Shown here one piece after another: positions 37,457 through 47,813 of a stretch of 64,000 nt of DNA. The notes under the pieces were generated by a model that saw only the letters and a list, made by a program, of their open reading frames with translations, had not been told where the DNA came from and made no database searches. The first letter of the stretch is position 1, and each line of letters starts with the position of its first letter. Source of the DNA: an uncultured Acidimicrobiia bacterium (lineage in GTDB: Bacteria; Actinomycetota; Acidimicrobiia; Spongiisociales; JAENVV01). The translations under genes were made by a program, and so were the position numbers. The stretch spans positions 4-64,003 of the forward strand of contig CAZTLW010000001.1 of the NCBI GenBank assembly GCA_964614585.1, in the 5' to 3' direction.

Positions 37457-39640
37457 TCAGCGGGCCGGCACCATCCGGTGGACGTCGTAGACACCGTCGA
37501 CACCGCGCACCTCGTCGAGGAGCCGGGCGATCTGGGTCGTGTCCGAGAGTTGGACCTCGTAGCGGAGCCAGGCGATGCGGTCGCCGTCGGTGGCCGACGA
37601 CGAGGCGAGGATGTAGGCATCGAGCCCGGAGATGGCCGACGTCACGTCGCGCAGCAATCCGGTGCGGTCCAGCGCCTCCACCTCGATCCAGACCGAGAAG
37701 AGGCCGGTGGCATCGTCGGACCACGCCACGTCGACCATGCGGCCCGGGTCCATCTGGCCGATGTTGGCGCAGTCGGTGCGGTGGACGGAGATGCCCCGTC
37801 CGACCGTCACGAAGCCCACGAGCGGATCGCCGGGCGCCGGGGCGCAGCACCGGGCCAGGCGCACCATCATCCCGTCCCACCCGTCCACCACGATGCCGGG
37901 CCCCTCGGTCGTCCGCCGGCGGACCGGTGGGGGCGGGGCGAGGAACTCGGACGGCTCCGGCTCGGCCTCCTCGGGACGCACCGCACGCAGGACCCGCGTC
38001 ACCACCATGGCCGGGCTGATCCCACCCTCCCCCACCGCCACGAACATGGCGTCGGCATCCCGGTGGCCCAGGTCGGCCGCCACCTCGGCGAGTACTCGCT
38101 CGCGGGCGGCGTGACCGAGGCCGACACCCTCCTTGCGGAGGAGCTCCAGCACCCGATCCCGCCCGTCGCCCGCGGCCGCCTCCCGCCGTTCCCGCTGGAA
38201 CCACTGCTTGATGCGGGAGCGGGCACGTGACGACGACACGAACTTGGACCAGTCCCGGCTCGGGCCGGCGTCCGACCGTTTGGAGGTGAGGATCTCGACG
38301 ACGTCCCCGGACTGGAGTTCGGTGTCGAGGGGTACGAGCCGCCCGTTCACCTTGGCGCCCACGCACCGGTGCCCGACCTCGGTGTGCACGGCGTAGGCGA
38401 AGTCCACCGGGGTGGCCCCGATCGGGAGGGTCTTCACGTCGCCGGCGGGCGTCACCGCGAACACCTCGTCCCGGTACAGGTCGAGCTTCAGCGACTCGAG
38501 GAACTGCTCGGGGTCGGTCGATTCCTCCTGCAGCACCCGGAGGTCGGCGAGCCAGGGGACGTCGTCGGCGTTGATGCCCTCCTTGTACCGCCAATGGGCG
38601 GCGATCCCGTACTCGGCCCGCTGGTGCATGTCCCACGACCGAACCTGCACCTCGAGCGGCTTGCCGTCGGGGCCCACGACCGTCGTGTGCAACGACTGGT
38701 AGAGGTTGAACTTGGGCATGGCGATGTAGTCCTTGAAGCGCCCGGTCAGGGGCGTCCAGAGGGCGTGCACCTCGCCCAGCGCGGCGTAACAAGCGGGGAG
38801 GTCGGCCGTCACGACCCGGATGCCGATCAGGTCGTAGATCTGCTCGAACGCCTGCCCGGAGTCGACCATCTTCCGCCAAATCGAGTAGTGGTGCTTGGGG
38901 CGGCCGGTCACCTCGGCGTCGACGCCCCGGGCCGCGAGCCGATCCACGATCGCGGCAACCGCCTCGTCGACCACCGCCTGCCGCTGGGGCGCACGCTCGG
39001 CGATGAGCTCGCTGATCTCGTCGAACGGCCCGGGGTGGAGGATCGCGAAGCAGGTGTCCTCCATCTCGTGCTTGATGTCCTGGGCCCCGAGGCGATGGGC
39101 GAGGGGGGCGTACACCTCGAGCGTCTCGGCGGCGATTCGCCGCTGCTTGTCCTCCGGCATCGCGTCGAGGGTGCGGACGTTGTGCAGCCGGTCGGCGAGC
39201 TTGATGAGGATGACCCGGACGTCCTGGGCCATCGCCACGACCATCTTGCGAATCGTGGCGGCCTGGGCCTCCTCCCGCGACTCGAAGCGGATCCGATCGA
39301 GTTTGGTGACCCCGTCGATCAGAGCGGCGACCTCGGGGCCGAAGCGTTCGATCAGCTCACCGAGGTCCACCTCGGTGTCCTCCACGGTGTCATGGAGGAG
39401 CGCCGCCTCGATCGTGACGGCATCGAGGCCGTAGCCGGCGAGGATGAGGGCCACCGCGACCGGGTGGGTGATGTAGGGGTCACCGGTCTTGCGGAACTGG
39501 CCCTCATGGGCGGCGGCCGCCACGTCGTGGGCGCGCCTGATGCCTTCCACGTCGCCGTCGGGATGGTGGCGACGGAACTCGTCGAGCAGGTCGACCAACT
39601 GGGGTGCCCGCCCGACGTCATGGGTCGGCACGGCCGTCAT
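37457..39640 (-). CDS. relA: bifunctional (p)ppGpp synthetase/hydrolase Rel (RelA/SpoT family)
   Basis: HD domain (...HDTVEDT...), synthetase domain, TGS, ACT. ATG at 39640 (MTAVPTHDVG); the longer start at 39766 would overlap secF and was rejected. Confidence 0.9.
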   Translation of the reverse strand: MTAVPTHDVGRAPQLVDLLDEFRRHHPDGDVEGIRRAHDVAAAAHEGQFRKTGDPYITHPVAVALILAGYGLDAVTIEAALLHDTVEDTEVDLGELIERFGPEVAALIDGVTKLDRIRFESREEAQAATIRKMVVAMAQDVRVILIKLADRLHNVRTLDAMPEDKQRRIAAETLEVYAPLAHRLGAQDIKHEMEDTCFAILHPGPFDEISELIAERAPQRQAVVDEAVAAIVDRLAARGVDAEVTGRPKHHYSIWRKMVDSGQAFEQIYDLIGIRVVTADLPACYAALGEVHALWTPLTGRFKDYIAMPKFNLYQSLHTTVVGPDGKPLEVQVRSWDMHQRAEYGIAAHWRYKEGINADDVPWLADLRVLQEESTDPEQFLESLKLDLYRDEVFAVTPAGDVKTLPIGATPVDFAYAVHTEVGHRCVGAKVNGRLVPLDTELQSGDVVEILTSKRSDAGPSRDWSKFVSSSRARSRIKQWFQRERREAAAGDGRDRVLELLRKEGVGLGHAARERVLAEVAADLGHRDADAMFVAVGEGGISPAMVVTRVLRAVRPEEAEPEPSEFLAPPPPVRRRTTEGPGIVVDGWDGMMVRLARCCAPAPGDPLVGFVTVGRGISVHRTDCANIGQMDPGRMVDVAWSDDATGLFSVWIEVEALDRTGLLRDVTSAISGLDAYILASSSATDGDRIAWLRYEVQLSDTTQIARLLDEVRGVDGVYDVHRMVPAR

Positions 39641-39692
39641 GGGCCCATGGTACCGGGGTGATGCCCCTCCCCCGGTGGGGGCGGGCGCCTGT

Positions 39693-40733
39693 TCAGCCAG
39701 GTCGTTGGGGTGGGCGGCGGCGACCACTCGATCGGCCGCTCGGCGGCTTGGCCGACTCGTAGGCACCGGCCGCGTAGGTGCCGCCCTTGCGCCGGCGGGA
39801 CGCGACCTCCGGGCGGGTCGGGTCCTCGCCCCGCCACGCCTTCCAGGAGACGAGGATCGGTGAGGCGAGGAAGATCGACGAATAGGTCCCCAGCGAGATG
39901 CCGACGAAGAGGGCGAGGGCGAACTCCTGCAGGGTGCTGGCGCCGAGGAGCAGGCTGCCGACGAAGAGCAAGCTGCCCACGGGGACCAGGGAGGTCAGGG
40001 AGGTCATGATCGACCGGACGAGCACCTGGTTGATGGAGCCGTTGATCACATCGGCGTACGGCGCCCGTCCCTCGGCGGCCTCGAGGTTCTCGTTGATCGT
40101 GTCATAGACGACGACGGTGTCATAGAGCGAGTACCCGAGGATCGTGAGGATGGCGACGATGGTGGCCGGCGTGACCTCGAAGCGGACCACGGCGTAGACG
40201 CCGGCCGTGATCGTCAGGTCGTGCAGCAGCGCCGTGATGGCGCCGACCGCCATCGGGAACTCGAACCGCCACGAGATGAAGAGGATGACGACGCCGAGGA
40301 ACACGCCGAGCGCAATGAGCGCCTGGCGGGTGATGGCCGCCCCGAAGGTCGGCCCGACCGAGGCGATCTCGGTGTCGGCATTGCTGGCCCCGGCGATCTC
40401 CTCGACCGTGGCGACGAAGACGAGCTCCTCCTCCTCGGTCAACTGCTCGGTGCGTACCCGGAGGTCGGCCCCCTCATCGAGCTCCTCGACCCGCACCTGG
40501 TCGAATCCGGCGGCCACCAGGGAGTCGGTCATCTCCTGGGCCGACACCCCCGCCTCGTTGGGGACGAGGACGGTGGTGCCGCCCGTGAAGTCGATCGAGA
40601 GGTTCAGCCCGAAGATCGCCAGGGCGGCGATCGACAGGATCACCGCCGCCCCCGAGATGCGGTACCAGAGGACCCGTCGACCGATGAAGTCGAACGCCGC
40701 CTGGCCACGCAGGAGTCGGCCCACGGCGCTCAT
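39693..40733 (-). CDS. secF: protein translocase subunit SecF
   Basis: MSAVGRLLRGQAAFDFIGRR... SecF family TM topology. Internal ATG at 40733; 4-nt overlap with the secD stop. Confidence 0.88.
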   Translation of the reverse strand: MSAVGRLLRGQAAFDFIGRRVLWYRISGAAVILSIAALAIFGLNLSIDFTGGTTVLVPNEAGVSAQEMTDSLVAAGFDQVRVEELDEGADLRVRTEQLTEEEELVFVATVEEIAGASNADTEIASVGPTFGAAITRQALIALGVFLGVVILFISWRFEFPMAVGAITALLHDLTITAGVYAVVRFEVTPATIVAILTILGYSLYDTVVVYDTINENLEAAEGRAPYADVINGSINQVLVRSIMTSLTSLVPVGSLLFVGSLLLGASTLQEFALALFVGISLGTYSSIFLASPILVSWKAWRGEDPTRPEVASRRRKGGTYAAGAYESAKPPSGRSSGRRRPPQRPG

Positions 40734-42115
40734 GCCGGCACCTCCTCGGCTCGCTTCCGGGCACCGGCGGCCGCCGGGATGGACAGGAAGCCCCTGCGTC
40801 CGAGTCCGGTGCCCGAGACGATCGCCACGGCGTGGGCGGTGTAGAGGCGGGCCACGACGACGTCGATGATCGTGGCGATGCCCAGGGAGATCGCGAAACC
40901 CTTGACGGGACCGATCGCCAGCACCCACAGCAGGAAGGCGCCCGTGAGCGAGACGAAGTCGGCGGTCAGGATGGTGCGGAAGGCCTTCTTGAACGCGATC
41001 GGCGCCGCCTCCTCGGTGTCGACCCCGAGGCGCACCTGTTCCTTGAGACGCTCGAAGTAGACGATGTAGGAGTCGGAGGTGATGCCGATCGCCACGATGA
41101 TGCCCGTCACGCCGGCGAGTGTGAGCGTCAGGCCGATGCCCTGGCCGAGCACCGAGAACACCAGCAGGAGCAGCGACCCGAAGATGGTGAGACCGACCAC
41201 GGCCACGAGGCCCAGGCTGCGGTAGTAGGCCACCAGGAGCAGGGCCACCACACCGAGCCCGACGAGGCCGGCGAGCACCCCGGTGCGCAGGGCCTCCTCA
41301 CCGAGCGTGGCCGAGACCTGCTGCAGGGACTGTCGCTCGAGCTCCACCGGGAGGGCGCCGTAGCGAAGGATGACGGCGAGGTCCTCGGACTCCTCCCGGG
41401 CCTCGGCGCCGGTGCCGAGCGTGATCACGGCCTGCCCCCCGGCGATGCCGGTGGACGGGGAGACGTCGGCGGCCACCGGCGGGGCGTTGATGACCTCGGC
41501 GTCGAGCACGATGGCGATCTCGCGGCGGGGGTCGCCGAAGGGGAAGGACGCCGCCTCGGCCGTGAGTTCGGCGAAGAGGACGGCGCCCTCGTCGTCGAAG
41601 GAGATGTTGACCCCGGCACTGCCATCGGGCTGGGGCGCCGCCACCGCCTCGGAGATCAGGCTGCCCACGAGCTCCGAGGGACCCACCCGGTAGGCGAGCC
41701 CACCCGGGCCCGGCAACCACGACTCGGCACCGGGACTGTCGTCGTCGGCCAGCGTGACCTGGTCGGGTGGTGCCACCTCGAGTACCGGGCGGAACGACAG
41801 CTGGCCGGTCTGGCCGATGATCTCGAGGGCGGCCTCGGTGTCCGTGACGCCGGGGAGCTGCACCAGCACGGCGTTGTCGCCCTGGATGGAGATCTCGGGC
41901 TCGGCGACACCGGCATCCTCGATGCGGTTCCGCATCACGTCCACGGCCTGCTCGAGTTGGTCTCGCGGGGTGTCGGGCGGGGCCGAGAGGATGACCGAGA
42001 TGCCACCCTGGAGGTCGAGGCCGAGCGCCGGGGTCACCCCGGCCGAGAGGGCCCACGCGATGCCTCCCCACGCGAACGCGGCGATGAGGAGGATCGAGAC
42101 GACCCGACGGGCCAC
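40730..42115 (-). CDS. secD: protein translocase subunit SecD
   Basis: SecD periplasmic and TM domains. GTG start at 42115 (VARRVVSILLIAAF) abutting the yajC stop; the ATG at 42187 would overlap yajC by 70 nt. Confidence 0.85.
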   Translation of the reverse strand: MARRVVSILLIAAFAWGGIAWALSAGVTPALGLDLQGGISVILSAPPDTPRDQLEQAVDVMRNRIEDAGVAEPEISIQGDNAVLVQLPGVTDTEAALEIIGQTGQLSFRPVLEVAPPDQVTLADDDSPGAESWLPGPGGLAYRVGPSELVGSLISEAVAAPQPDGSAGVNISFDDEGAVLFAELTAEAASFPFGDPRREIAIVLDAEVINAPPVAADVSPSTGIAGGQAVITLGTGAEAREESEDLAVILRYGALPVELERQSLQQVSATLGEEALRTGVLAGLVGLGVVALLLVAYYRSLGLVAVVGLTIFGSLLLLVFSVLGQGIGLTLTLAGVTGIIVAIGITSDSYIVYFERLKEQVRLGVDTEEAAPIAFKKAFRTILTADFVSLTGAFLLWVLAIGPVKGFAISLGIATIIDVVVARLYTAHAVAIVSGTGLGRRGFLSIPAAAGARKRAEEVPA

Positions 42116-42116
42116 G

Positions 42117-42434
42117 TCAGTCCTCGGAGACGGGCGAGTCGACGATCTTCTCGGCGATCGCCCGCCGAAGGATGCGCAGGCTGCCACCGTCCTCGACGGT
42201 GATCACGACGTCGTCGTCGCCGAGCTCCCGGACGCGGCCGTAGATGCCGCCGATCGTCCGCACCCGGTCGCCGATGCCGATCGAACCGAGCAACTCGCGC
42301 TGCTCCTTCTGGCGCTTGCGCTGGGGTCGGATCACCAGAAACCAGAAGACGACGCCGATCAACAGGAAGGGCAGCAGGGACGTCAGCAGGTTGCCGGTGC
42401 CGGCCTCGGCCTGGGCGAGCACGATCAGGGGCAT
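42117..42434 (-). CDS. yajC: preprotein translocase subunit YajC
   Basis: 105 aa, LLPFLLIGVVFWFLVIRPQRKRQKE. Confidence 0.88.
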   Translation of the reverse strand: MPLIVLAQAEAGTGNLLTSLLPFLLIGVVFWFLVIRPQRKRQKEQRELLGSIGIGDRVRTIGGIYGRVRELGDDDVVITVEDGGSLRILRRAIAEKIVDSPVSED

Positions 42435-42497
42435 GAGGACCTCGGGGAGATGACCGGCGGCAGGGTAGCGAGCGCGACCGCCGTACGCCCACCACCC

Positions 42498-43595
42498 TCA
42501 GGCACGCGCCGCCAGCACCTCGGCGCGGAACCCGTCGAACCGACTCTCCGCGATGGCGACCCGCGCCCCACGCAGCACCTCGAGCGTGTAGTGGAGGTTG
42601 TGGATGGAGAGCAACCGGTGGGCGGTGAGCTCGCCGGTTCGATGCAGGTGCCGCAGATAGGCGCGACTGTGGCGGCGGCACGTGAGGCAGCCGCAGTCGT
42701 CGTCCAGCGGTCGACCGTCCTCGACGTTGGCCAGGGTGCGGATGTTGTAGTCACCTGTCGCGGTCAGCACCTTGCCGTGGCGGGCGAGTCGGGTCGGCCA
42801 CACGCAGTCGAACAGGTCGGCACCCCGGGCGACCGCGTCGAGGACGCCCTCCGTGTCGCCGAGCCCCATGACGTAGCGGACCTTGCCGGCGGGCAGTTCG
42901 GCGATGCAGGCATCGAGGGCGACGTTGCGATCGGCGGCGGACTCGCCCACCGACAGCCCGCCGATCCCGAATCCGGGGAGCCCGAGGTCGGCGGTACGGC
43001 GGGCCGACTCGGCCCGCAGGTCGGGGTCGACGCCGCCCTGGACGATGCCGAACAGGGCCTGGTCGTCGCGGTCGTGGACCGACATCGCCCGCTCGGTCCA
43101 GCGCAGCGTCCGTTCCATGGCCTCGCGCACCGCCTCGCGGGGTGCAGGGAGGCCGATGAGGTGGTCGAAGGCCATCACCACGTCGGCGCCGAGGGCCTGC
43201 TGGATCGCCATGGACGACTCGGGCCCGATGTGGACGGTCGAGCCGTCGTAGGTGGACCGGAACTCGGCGCCGGACTCGGTGATCGTCGGCTCCAGCGAGA
43301 ACACCTGGTACCCGCCGGAGTCGGTCAGGAACGGACCGGACCAGCCGGTGAAGCCGTGCAGCCCACCGAGCCGTTCGATGACGTCGGCTCCCGGTCGGAG
43401 CATGAGGTGGTACGTGTTGGCCAGCACCATCGACGCCCCGAGCGCCTCGAGGTCGGTGGTGTCGAGCGCCTTCACCACGCCCCGGGTCCCGACCGGCATG
43501 AACGTGGGCGTCGGCACCGCGCCGTGGGCGAGTTCCAGGGTCCCGGCCCGGGCAGCGCCGTCGGTCGCCTCGACGGTGAAGGGAGCCGGGTGCAT
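42498..43595 (-). CDS. tgt: queuine tRNA-ribosyltransferase Tgt
   Basis: MHPAPFTVEATDGAARAGTLELAHG...LGDTEGV...CxCxxC...H zinc motif (CGCLTCRRHSRAYLRHL). ATG at 43595; the upstream 190 aa of ORF 42498..44168 is a translated repeat region and was rejected. Confidence 0.9.
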   Translation of the reverse strand: MHPAPFTVEATDGAARAGTLELAHGAVPTPTFMPVGTRGVVKALDTTDLEALGASMVLANTYHLMLRPGADVIERLGGLHGFTGWSGPFLTDSGGYQVFSLEPTITESGAEFRSTYDGSTVHIGPESSMAIQQALGADVVMAFDHLIGLPAPREAVREAMERTLRWTERAMSVHDRDDQALFGIVQGGVDPDLRAESARRTADLGLPGFGIGGLSVGESAADRNVALDACIAELPAGKVRYVMGLGDTEGVLDAVARGADLFDCVWPTRLARHGKVLTATGDYNIRTLANVEDGRPLDDDCGCLTCRRHSRAYLRHLHRTGELTAHRLLSIHNLHYTLEVLRGARVAIAESRFDGFRAEVLAARA

Positions 43596-43659
43596 GGCCG
43601 GGAGGGTATCGGGTACCAAGCATCGGCCAGCAGGCGCGGAGGTGGGGCCCCTCCCCCAT

Positions 43660-43720
43660 TCCTGTGTCGGTGGGCCCTTCCCTTGAGGGCTGGGCGACAC
43701 GAGAACGAGCGTGGCGGCCG
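43660..43720. repeat. family 2 palindromic repeat element copy (queA-tgt intergenic)
   Basis: gtgtcggtgggccc-ttcccttga-gggctgggcgacacgagaacgagcgtggcgg. Shares arms and loop (ttc(t/c)c(t)tga) with 6781-6855. Confidence 0.7.
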
Positions 43721-43800
43721 GCTTGGGGACCGGCTTGGGGACCGGCTTGGGGACCGGCTCAGGAACCGGCTTGGGGGCCGGCTCAGGAACCGGCCGGACC
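43711..43800. repeat. 12-bp tandem repeat (ccggcttgggga x ~7, degenerating)
   Basis: ggcttggggaccggcttggggaccggcttggggaccggctcaggaaccggcttgggggccggctcaggaaccgg. Overlaps the last codons and 3' flank of queA. Confidence 0.85.
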
Positions 43801-44841
43801 GTCCCGACCGCCGCGCGGCACCTCGGCGAGCATGGCGTCGCCGAAGCTGAGGAACCGATAGCCCCGTTCGAGGGCCGTGCGATAGACGTCCCGCCACCGA
43901 TCGCCCAGCACCGCCGCCACCAGCGCCACCAGCGTCGAACCGGGCACGTGGAAGTTGGTGACCAGCAGATCGGCGAACCGGAACGCGAAGCCGGGCACGA
44001 TGAACAGGTCGGTGCTGCCCCCACCCGGCTCGATCCCGCCCGCGCCGTCGGCGGTCGACTCGAGGGTGCGCAGCACGGTGGTCCCCACGGCCACCACCCG
44101 CCCGCCCCGGGCCCGGCACTCGGCCACCGCGGTGGCGGCCTCGGGTGGCACGACGTAGCGCTCGGCATGCATGACGTGGTCGGCTACCCGCTCGGTCGCC
44201 ACCGGGCGGAAGGTGCCGAGGCCGACCTCCAACTCCACCTCGGTCATCGCCACGCCCCGGGCCGCGAGGCCATCGACCACACCCGCCGTGAAGTGGAGGG
44301 CGGCGGTCGGCGCGGCGGCCGAGCCGACCGTCCTGGCAAAGATCGTCTGGTAGCGCTCGGGGTCCTCGAGTTCCCGGGTGATGTAGGGCGGGAGCGGCAC
44401 CTGCCCGGCCTGGTCGAACCACGCCTCGGGATCGACGTCGCCGTGGAGTCGGAACCGGACGCGGGCCCGTCCCTCGACGGGGTCGGAGACCACCTCGGCG
44501 TCCACCCCGTCGGGGAACTCGACGACCACCCCGGGACGGAGACGTCGGGCGGGTCGCAGCAGCGCCTCCCAGGTGTCGTCGCCGACGGGCGCCAGGACCA
44601 ACACCTCCACCGAGCCACCGGTCCCCCGCCGGGTCCCCACGAGCCGAGCGGCACGCACCCGCGTGCGGTTCACCACCACCAGGTCACCGGGTTCGAGGAG
44701 GTCGGGGAGGCCGGCGAAGCGATGGTCGGACAGGTCGCGGGTGTCGAGCAGGCGGGCGGCGTCACGCGGTTCGACGGGCTGCTGGGCGATCGCCGTCTCC
44801 GGCAGGTCGTACCAGAGGTCGTCGCGGGTGAGGTCCCCCAC
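43783..44841 (-). CDS. queA: S-adenosylmethionine:tRNA ribosyltransferase-isomerase QueA
   Basis: 352 aa, MGDLTRDDLWYDLPETAIAQQP...GTTVLRTLES. Confidence 0.9.
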   Translation of the reverse strand: MGDLTRDDLWYDLPETAIAQQPVEPRDAARLLDTRDLSDHRFAGLPDLLEPGDLVVVNRTRVRAARLVGTRRGTGGSVEVLVLAPVGDDTWEALLRPARRLRPGVVVEFPDGVDAEVVSDPVEGRARVRFRLHGDVDPEAWFDQAGQVPLPPYITRELEDPERYQTIFARTVGSAAAPTAALHFTAGVVDGLAARGVAMTEVELEVGLGTFRPVATERVADHVMHAERYVVPPEAATAVAECRARGGRVVAVGTTVLRTLESTADGAGGIEPGGGSTDLFIVPGFAFRFADLLVTNFHVPGSTLVALVAAVLGDRWRDVYRTALERGYRFLSFGDAMLAEVPRGGRDGPAGS

Positions 44842-44858
44842 CTATCCGATGCCCGCCG

Positions 44859-45896
44859 TCACAGCAGGCGCCCCTGGGTGTCGTCCCCGTCGGCGGTGTC
44901 GGCCGGGGGCTGGAGGCCGAGGTGGAGGTAGGCGGCCGTCGTGACGGTCCGACCCCGCGGGGTGCGCTGGAGCAGGCCGCGGATGAGCAGGTAGGGCTCG
45001 TAGGCCTCCTCCACGGTGTCGGGCTCCTCGCCGACCGCCACGGCCAGGGTGGAGAGCCCCACCGGTCCCCCGCCGAAGCGCTGGGCGATCGCCCGCAGGA
45101 TGGCCCGATCGACGGGGTCGAGGCCCAGTTCGTCGACCTGGAACACCTCGAGGGCCCGGCCGGTGGTGGCCGGGTCGATGGTGCCGTCGGAGCGGGCGAC
45201 GGCGTAGTCCCGGACCCGGGCGAGCAGCCGGTTGGCAACCCGGGGGGTGCCCCGAGCGCGACGGGCGATCTCGTCGGCGGACTCGTCGTCGGCGGCGATC
45301 TCGAGGATGCCGGCGGAGCGACGCACGATCTCGGCGAGTTCGTCGGCGTCGTAGTGGTCGAGGCGGTCGACGATGCCGAACCGGTCGCGCAGCGGGCTGG
45401 CGACCATCCCGAGACGGGTGGTGGCGCCGACGAGGGTGAACCGCGGCAGGGTCAGTCGGATGCTCTGGGCGGCCGGGCCCTTGCCCAGCACCACGTCGAG
45501 TTGGAAGTCCTCCATCGCCGTGTAGAGGACCTCCTCGACGGTCCGGGGAAGGCGATGGACCTCGTCGATGAAGAAGACGTCGCCCTCGTCGAGATTGGAG
45601 AGGATGGCGGCCAGGTCGCCGGGCCGCTCGAGCGCCGGTCCCGACGTGATCTGGATGCGGGCACCGAGCTCGTTGGCGACGATGCCCGCCAGCGTCGTCT
45701 TGCCGAGGCCGGGCGGTCCCGAGAGCAGCAGGTGGTCGAGGGGGCGCTCCATGGCCCGGGCCGCCTCGATCGAGATGGAGAGCCGCTCCTTGAGGGCGGC
45801 CTGGCCGATGAACTCGCCGAGCCGCTGGGGCCGCAGCGTCCGCTCGAGCTCGTCGTCCCAGGTGGTCCCGGGGTCGAGGAGTCGTTCGTCCCTCAC
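44859..45896 (-). CDS. ruvB: Holliday junction branch migration DNA helicase RuvB
   Basis: [10 protein letters not shown]...[14 protein letters not shown]...DEVHRL... GTG start at ~45896, 4-nt overlap with ruvA. The upstream portion of ORF 44859..46616 was rejected. Confidence 0.88.
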   Translation of the reverse strand: MRDERLLDPGTTWDDELERTLRPQRLGEFIGQAALKERLSISIEAARAMERPLDHLLLSGPPGLGKTTLAGIVANELGARIQITSGPALERPGDLAAILSNLDEGDVFFIDEVHRLPRTVEEVLYTAMEDFQLDVVLGKGPAAQSIRLTLPRFTLVGATTRLGMVASPLRDRFGIVDRLDHYDADELAEIVRRSAGILEIAADDESADEIARRARGTPRVANRLLARVRDYAVARSDGTIDPATTGRALEVFQVDELGLDPVDRAILRAIAQRFGGGPVGLSTLAVAVGEEPDTVEEAYEPYLLIRGLLQRTPRGRTVTTAAYLHLGLQPPADTADGDDTQGRLL

Positions 45897-46474
45897 CCGC
45901 GTCGCCTCCCCGCCAGGCTCCGGAGCGCCGCCCGCAGCTGCTCCTCGGGGGTGGTGGCCGGGTCGACGTCGGGCAGCACCTCGGCAACCTCGGCATCGGA
46001 GTAGCCGAGTTGGCCGAGGGCGAGCCGCACCTCGGTCAGTGCTCCCGACGAGCCGACGGCGGCGACCTCGGCGGCACTGACCTTCGGTTTGAGCTCGAGC
46101 ACCATCTTCTGGGCCGTGCGCTTGCCGATGCCCGGCACCGAGGCGAGCGTGGTGATGTCCTCCTCGGCGATCGCCAACGTCACCGCATCGGGGTCGAGCG
46201 TCGAGAGCACGGCGAGGGCGACCCGGGGACCGACCCCGGGGGCGGCGAGCAGGAGTCGGAAGGTGGTGAGCCCCCGCTCGGAGGGGAACCCGAACAAGGT
46301 GAGGGCGTCCTCGCGGACGTGGAGGTGGGTGTGGAGGACGACCTCCTCGCCGACACCCGGCAACTCGGTCACACCACGGGTGGGGACGTGGACCTCGTAG
46401 CCGACGCCCGCAACGTCGACGATGAGCCGGTCGCCCATCACCGCCGCCAGCGTCCCGCGCAACCGGCCGATCAC
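45893..46474 (-). CDS. ruvA: Holliday junction branch migration protein RuvA
   Basis: 193 aa, [10 protein letters not shown]...VGYEV...[12 protein letters not shown]... Confidence 0.9.
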   Translation of the reverse strand: MIGRLRGTLAAVMGDRLIVDVAGVGYEVHVPTRGVTELPGVGEEVVLHTHLHVREDALTLFGFPSERGLTTFRLLLAAPGVGPRVALAVLSTLDPDAVTLAIAEEDITTLASVPGIGKRTAQKMVLELKPKVSAAEVAAVGSSGALTEVRLALGQLGYSDAEVAEVLPDVDPATTPEEQLRAALRSLAGRRRG

Positions 46475-46959
46475 GAGGCGGCCGCCCCGAATCGAGCCTG
46501 GGCGAGGTGGCAGAGGGCCACTGCGAGGGCGTCGGCGGCGTCGGCCGGACGGGGTGCCTCGTCGAGGCCGAGCCGGGAGGCGACCAGTCGGGCCACCTGG
46601 CCCTTGTCGGCGGCACCGTCGCCCGCGACGGTCGCCTTCACCTCGCTCGGCGTGTACTCGTGGAGGGCGACGCCGGCACGGGCCGCACAGAGCATGGCGA
46701 CGCCCGACGCCCGGGCGACGGACATGGCATTGGTCAGGTTGCGGCGGACGAAGACCCGTTCGAGGGCGACGACGTCGGGGCGGACCTCGGCCAGCAACTC
46801 GTCGAGGTCATCGGCGAGCTCCGCCAGGCGGGCCGGGACCGGCCGATCGGGTTCGGTACGGAGCACGCCGAAGCGCTCCGCGGTCGGCCCCCCACGCGTG
46901 GAGCGAACGACGCCGAAGCCGGTGCGGGTCAACCCCGGATCGAGGCCCAACACGAACAT
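46471..46959 (-). CDS. ruvC: crossover junction endodeoxyribonuclease RuvC
   Basis: [18 protein letters not shown]... RuvC catalytic Asp residues. Internal ATG at 46959. Confidence 0.88.
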   Translation of the reverse strand: MFVLGLDPGLTRTGFGVVRSTRGGPTAERFGVLRTEPDRPVPARLAELADDLDELLAEVRPDVVALERVFVRRNLTNAMSVARASGVAMLCAARAGVALHEYTPSEVKATVAGDGAADKGQVARLVASRLGLDEAPRPADAADALAVALCHLAQARFGAAAS

Positions 46960-47034
46960 GTGTACGAGTGTATGCCGGGCATGCGACCGAACCAAGCACC
47001 GAGCCCCTCTGAGGTACTGAAGTACCGGCGCCCG

Positions 47035-47778
47035 TCAGGTCGCCTGCTCGAGCACCGACTCGTCGACGTCGAAGTTGGCGTAGACGTCCTGGACGTCGTC
47101 GATGTCCTCGAGGGCATCCACCAGCCGCAGGACCTTGCCGGCCGACTCGGCATCGAGGGGCACCGTGACCGAGGGCAGGTAGGTCACCTCGGCCTGCTCG
47201 ATGACGAGGCCGGCGTCCTCGATCGCCTGCCGCACCGTCATGAAGTCGGACGGGTCGGTGATCACCTCGTAGCGGCCGTCGCCGGCATCGCGAACGTCGT
47301 CGGCCCCGGCGTCGAGCGCCACGAGCATGACGTCCTCCTCGTCGCCGGCGACCAGCACGTAGCCCCGCTGGTCGAAGAGGTAGGCGACCGAGCCCGGCTC
47401 ACCGAGGCTGCCGCCGTGGCGGGTGAACCCCACTCGCACGTCGGACGAGGCCCGGTTGCGGTTGTCGGTGAGGATCTTGACGAGGACGGCCACCCCGCTG
47501 GGGCCGTAGCCCTCGTAGAAGAACTCGTCGTAGGTGACGCCCTCGTCGAGCTCGCCGGAGCCCCGCTTGATGGCTCGCTCGATGTTGTCGTTGGGCATCG
47601 AGGCGGCCTTGGCCTTGGCGACGGCTTGGGCGAGCGTGGCATTGGTGTCGGGGTCGCCCCCACCCTGGCGGGCAGCCGCCTCGATGGCCCGGGCGAGCTT
47701 GGCGAACAGCTTGCCGCGGGCCGCGTCCTGACGGCCCTTGCGATGCTTGATGTTGGCCCACTTGGAGTGACCGGCCAT
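47035..47778 (-). CDS. yebC: YebC/PmpR family DNA-binding transcriptional regulator
   Basis: [23 protein letters not shown]. 247 aa. The upstream part of ORF 47035..48027 was rejected. Confidence 0.9.
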   Translation of the reverse strand: MAGHSKWANIKHRKGRQDAARGKLFAKLARAIEAAARQGGGDPDTNATLAQAVAKAKAASMPNDNIERAIKRGSGELDEGVTYDEFFYEGYGPSGVAVLVKILTDNRNRASSDVRVGFTRHGGSLGEPGSVAYLFDQRGYVLVAGDEEDVMLVALDAGADDVRDAGDGRYEVITDPSDFMTVRQAIEDAGLVIEQAEVTYLPSVTVPLDAESAGKVLRLVDALEDIDDVQDVYANFDVDESVLEQAT

Positions 47779-47813
47779 CAGCGCCCTCCTTCGACGCTCC
47801 GAGGTGGTGCTCG

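Noticed and set aside
37329-38879. 516-aa minus-strand ORF
   Set aside because: Frame-shifted overlap with rel. Arg/Gly/Pro-rich, no domain.
42751-43659. 302-aa minus-strand ORF and 42498..44168 556-aa ORF N-terminal region
   Set aside because: Alternate frame of tgt, and an upstream read-through translating the repeat region (PKPVPKPVPEP). The real Tgt starts at MHPAPFTVEATDG.
43711-43800. Tandem repeat considered as a CRISPR array
   Set aside because: 12-bp units with no intervening unique spacers, and no cas genes nearby. It is a simple short tandem repeat.
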